Of a stretch of 20,000 nt of DNA, positions 19,535-20,000 are shown piece after piece. The notes below the pieces were generated by a model. That model made no database searches. It was not told the DNA's origin and worked only from the letters and a program-made list of their open reading frames with translations. Source of the stretch: Eremomyces bilateralis CBS 781.70 (taxonomy: Eukaryota). The stretch lies in the NCBI GenBank assembly GCA_010015585.1, contig ML975152.1. The stretch is one strand, 5' to 3'. The position numbers were made by a program, and so were the translations under genes. Each line of letters begins with the position of its first letter. The first letter of the stretch is position 1.

Positions 19535-20000
19535 TCCGTGCTCCATGACCGCCCCACAACCCAGGCCAAAAGTACAATTTTACCATCATCTTCAAATATG
19601 TACCACCAAACATGCCTAAACGCATCAAATATCCAGAGGAGACTATACAGAAAGCACTCAAGAAGGCTACAGAGCAAAAAAAAGCAGGAAAATCGGTTAA
19701 CGTTTCAGCGTTAGCGCGTGAGTTCCAAATCGGCCGGCTCGTCCTTCGAGGCCGCCTTAACGGAAAAACATCCTATACCAATCGTTCTCCGTTCGTACAA
19801 GCGACCAAACTCGATCAGCTACAAGAAAAGGCTCTCCTGGCCTGGATCCACCAGCTTGATGAGTGGGGAGCACCTCCTACGCCTACGGAAATCGAAGCGT
19901 GCGCCAACTCTATACTCCGAAGAAACGCGCTCGATATAACCCAGCCACCCCACGTTAGCAAGAACTGGAAATACAACTTTATTAAGCGCCATACCCTTCC
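19535..20000 (+). mobile_element. 5' part of a pogo/Fot1-type (Tc1/mariner superfamily) DNA transposon, truncated by the window edge
   Basis: Carries the transposase ORF from 19612. The left boundary is inferred at TA(19533-19534)|TCCGTGCTCC.., 77 bp before the ATG. The partner TIR is outside the window, so the boundary is unverified. Confidence 0.75.
19612..20000 (+). CDS. pogo/Fot1-family transposase, N-terminal HTH plus CENP-B/Tc5-type HTH region (3'-partial)
   Basis: 129 open codons: MPKRIKYPEETIQKALKKA..NVSALAREFQIGRLVLRGRLNG..KLDQLQEKALLAWIHQLDEWGAPPTPTEIEACANSILRR..VSKNWKYNFIKRH, the typical architecture of fungal Fot1-like transposases. Missing from the ORF track because there is no stop in the window. 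Confidence 0.9.
   Translation, partial: MPKRIKYPEETIQKALKKATEQKKAGKSVNVSALAREFQIGRLVLRGRLNGKTSYTNRSPFVQATKLDQLQEKALLAWIHQLDEWGAPPTPTEIEACANSILRRNALDITQPPHVSKNWKYNFIKRHTL

Noticed and set aside
19718..19939. 73-aa ORF in the track
   Set aside because: Out-of-frame overlap with the transposase ORF starting at 19612.
1..20000. tRNA, rRNA, CRISPR array, TPP riboswitch, biosynthetic or defence gene cluster
   Set aside because: No matching consensus or repeat-spacer structure was seen by eye, and the genes are functionally unrelated neighbours.

Overview
Eukaryotic, intron-containing DNA from a filamentous ascomycete (Pezizomycotina-type GT..CTRAC..YAG introns of 50-115 nt; species not determinable). 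The window is mostly an ordinary gene-dense arm with nine spliced or unspliced protein genes: a two-LIM paxillin-like gene (5' end outside the window), TIM9 (absent from the ORF track, three exons), an NADP-dependent zinc alcohol dehydrogenase with a 5-nt microexon, SWD2, an uncharacterised membrane protein, an ADA2/ADGF-like deaminase, an uncharacterised single-exon gene, a DUF1308/UPF0415 gene and a short Sec2-domain coiled-coil gene. It ends in the 5' part of a pogo/Fot1-type DNA transposon, also absent from the ORF track. I found no convincing multi-gene novel system. The best leads are the microexon, two stop-free 3n introns, active-site substitutions in the deaminase, the ~1.9-kb divergent intergenic region with splice signals and a strong hairpin, the minimal Sec2-domain protein and the transposon end. 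All gene models were spliced by hand; family calls rest on recalled motifs, not database searches.
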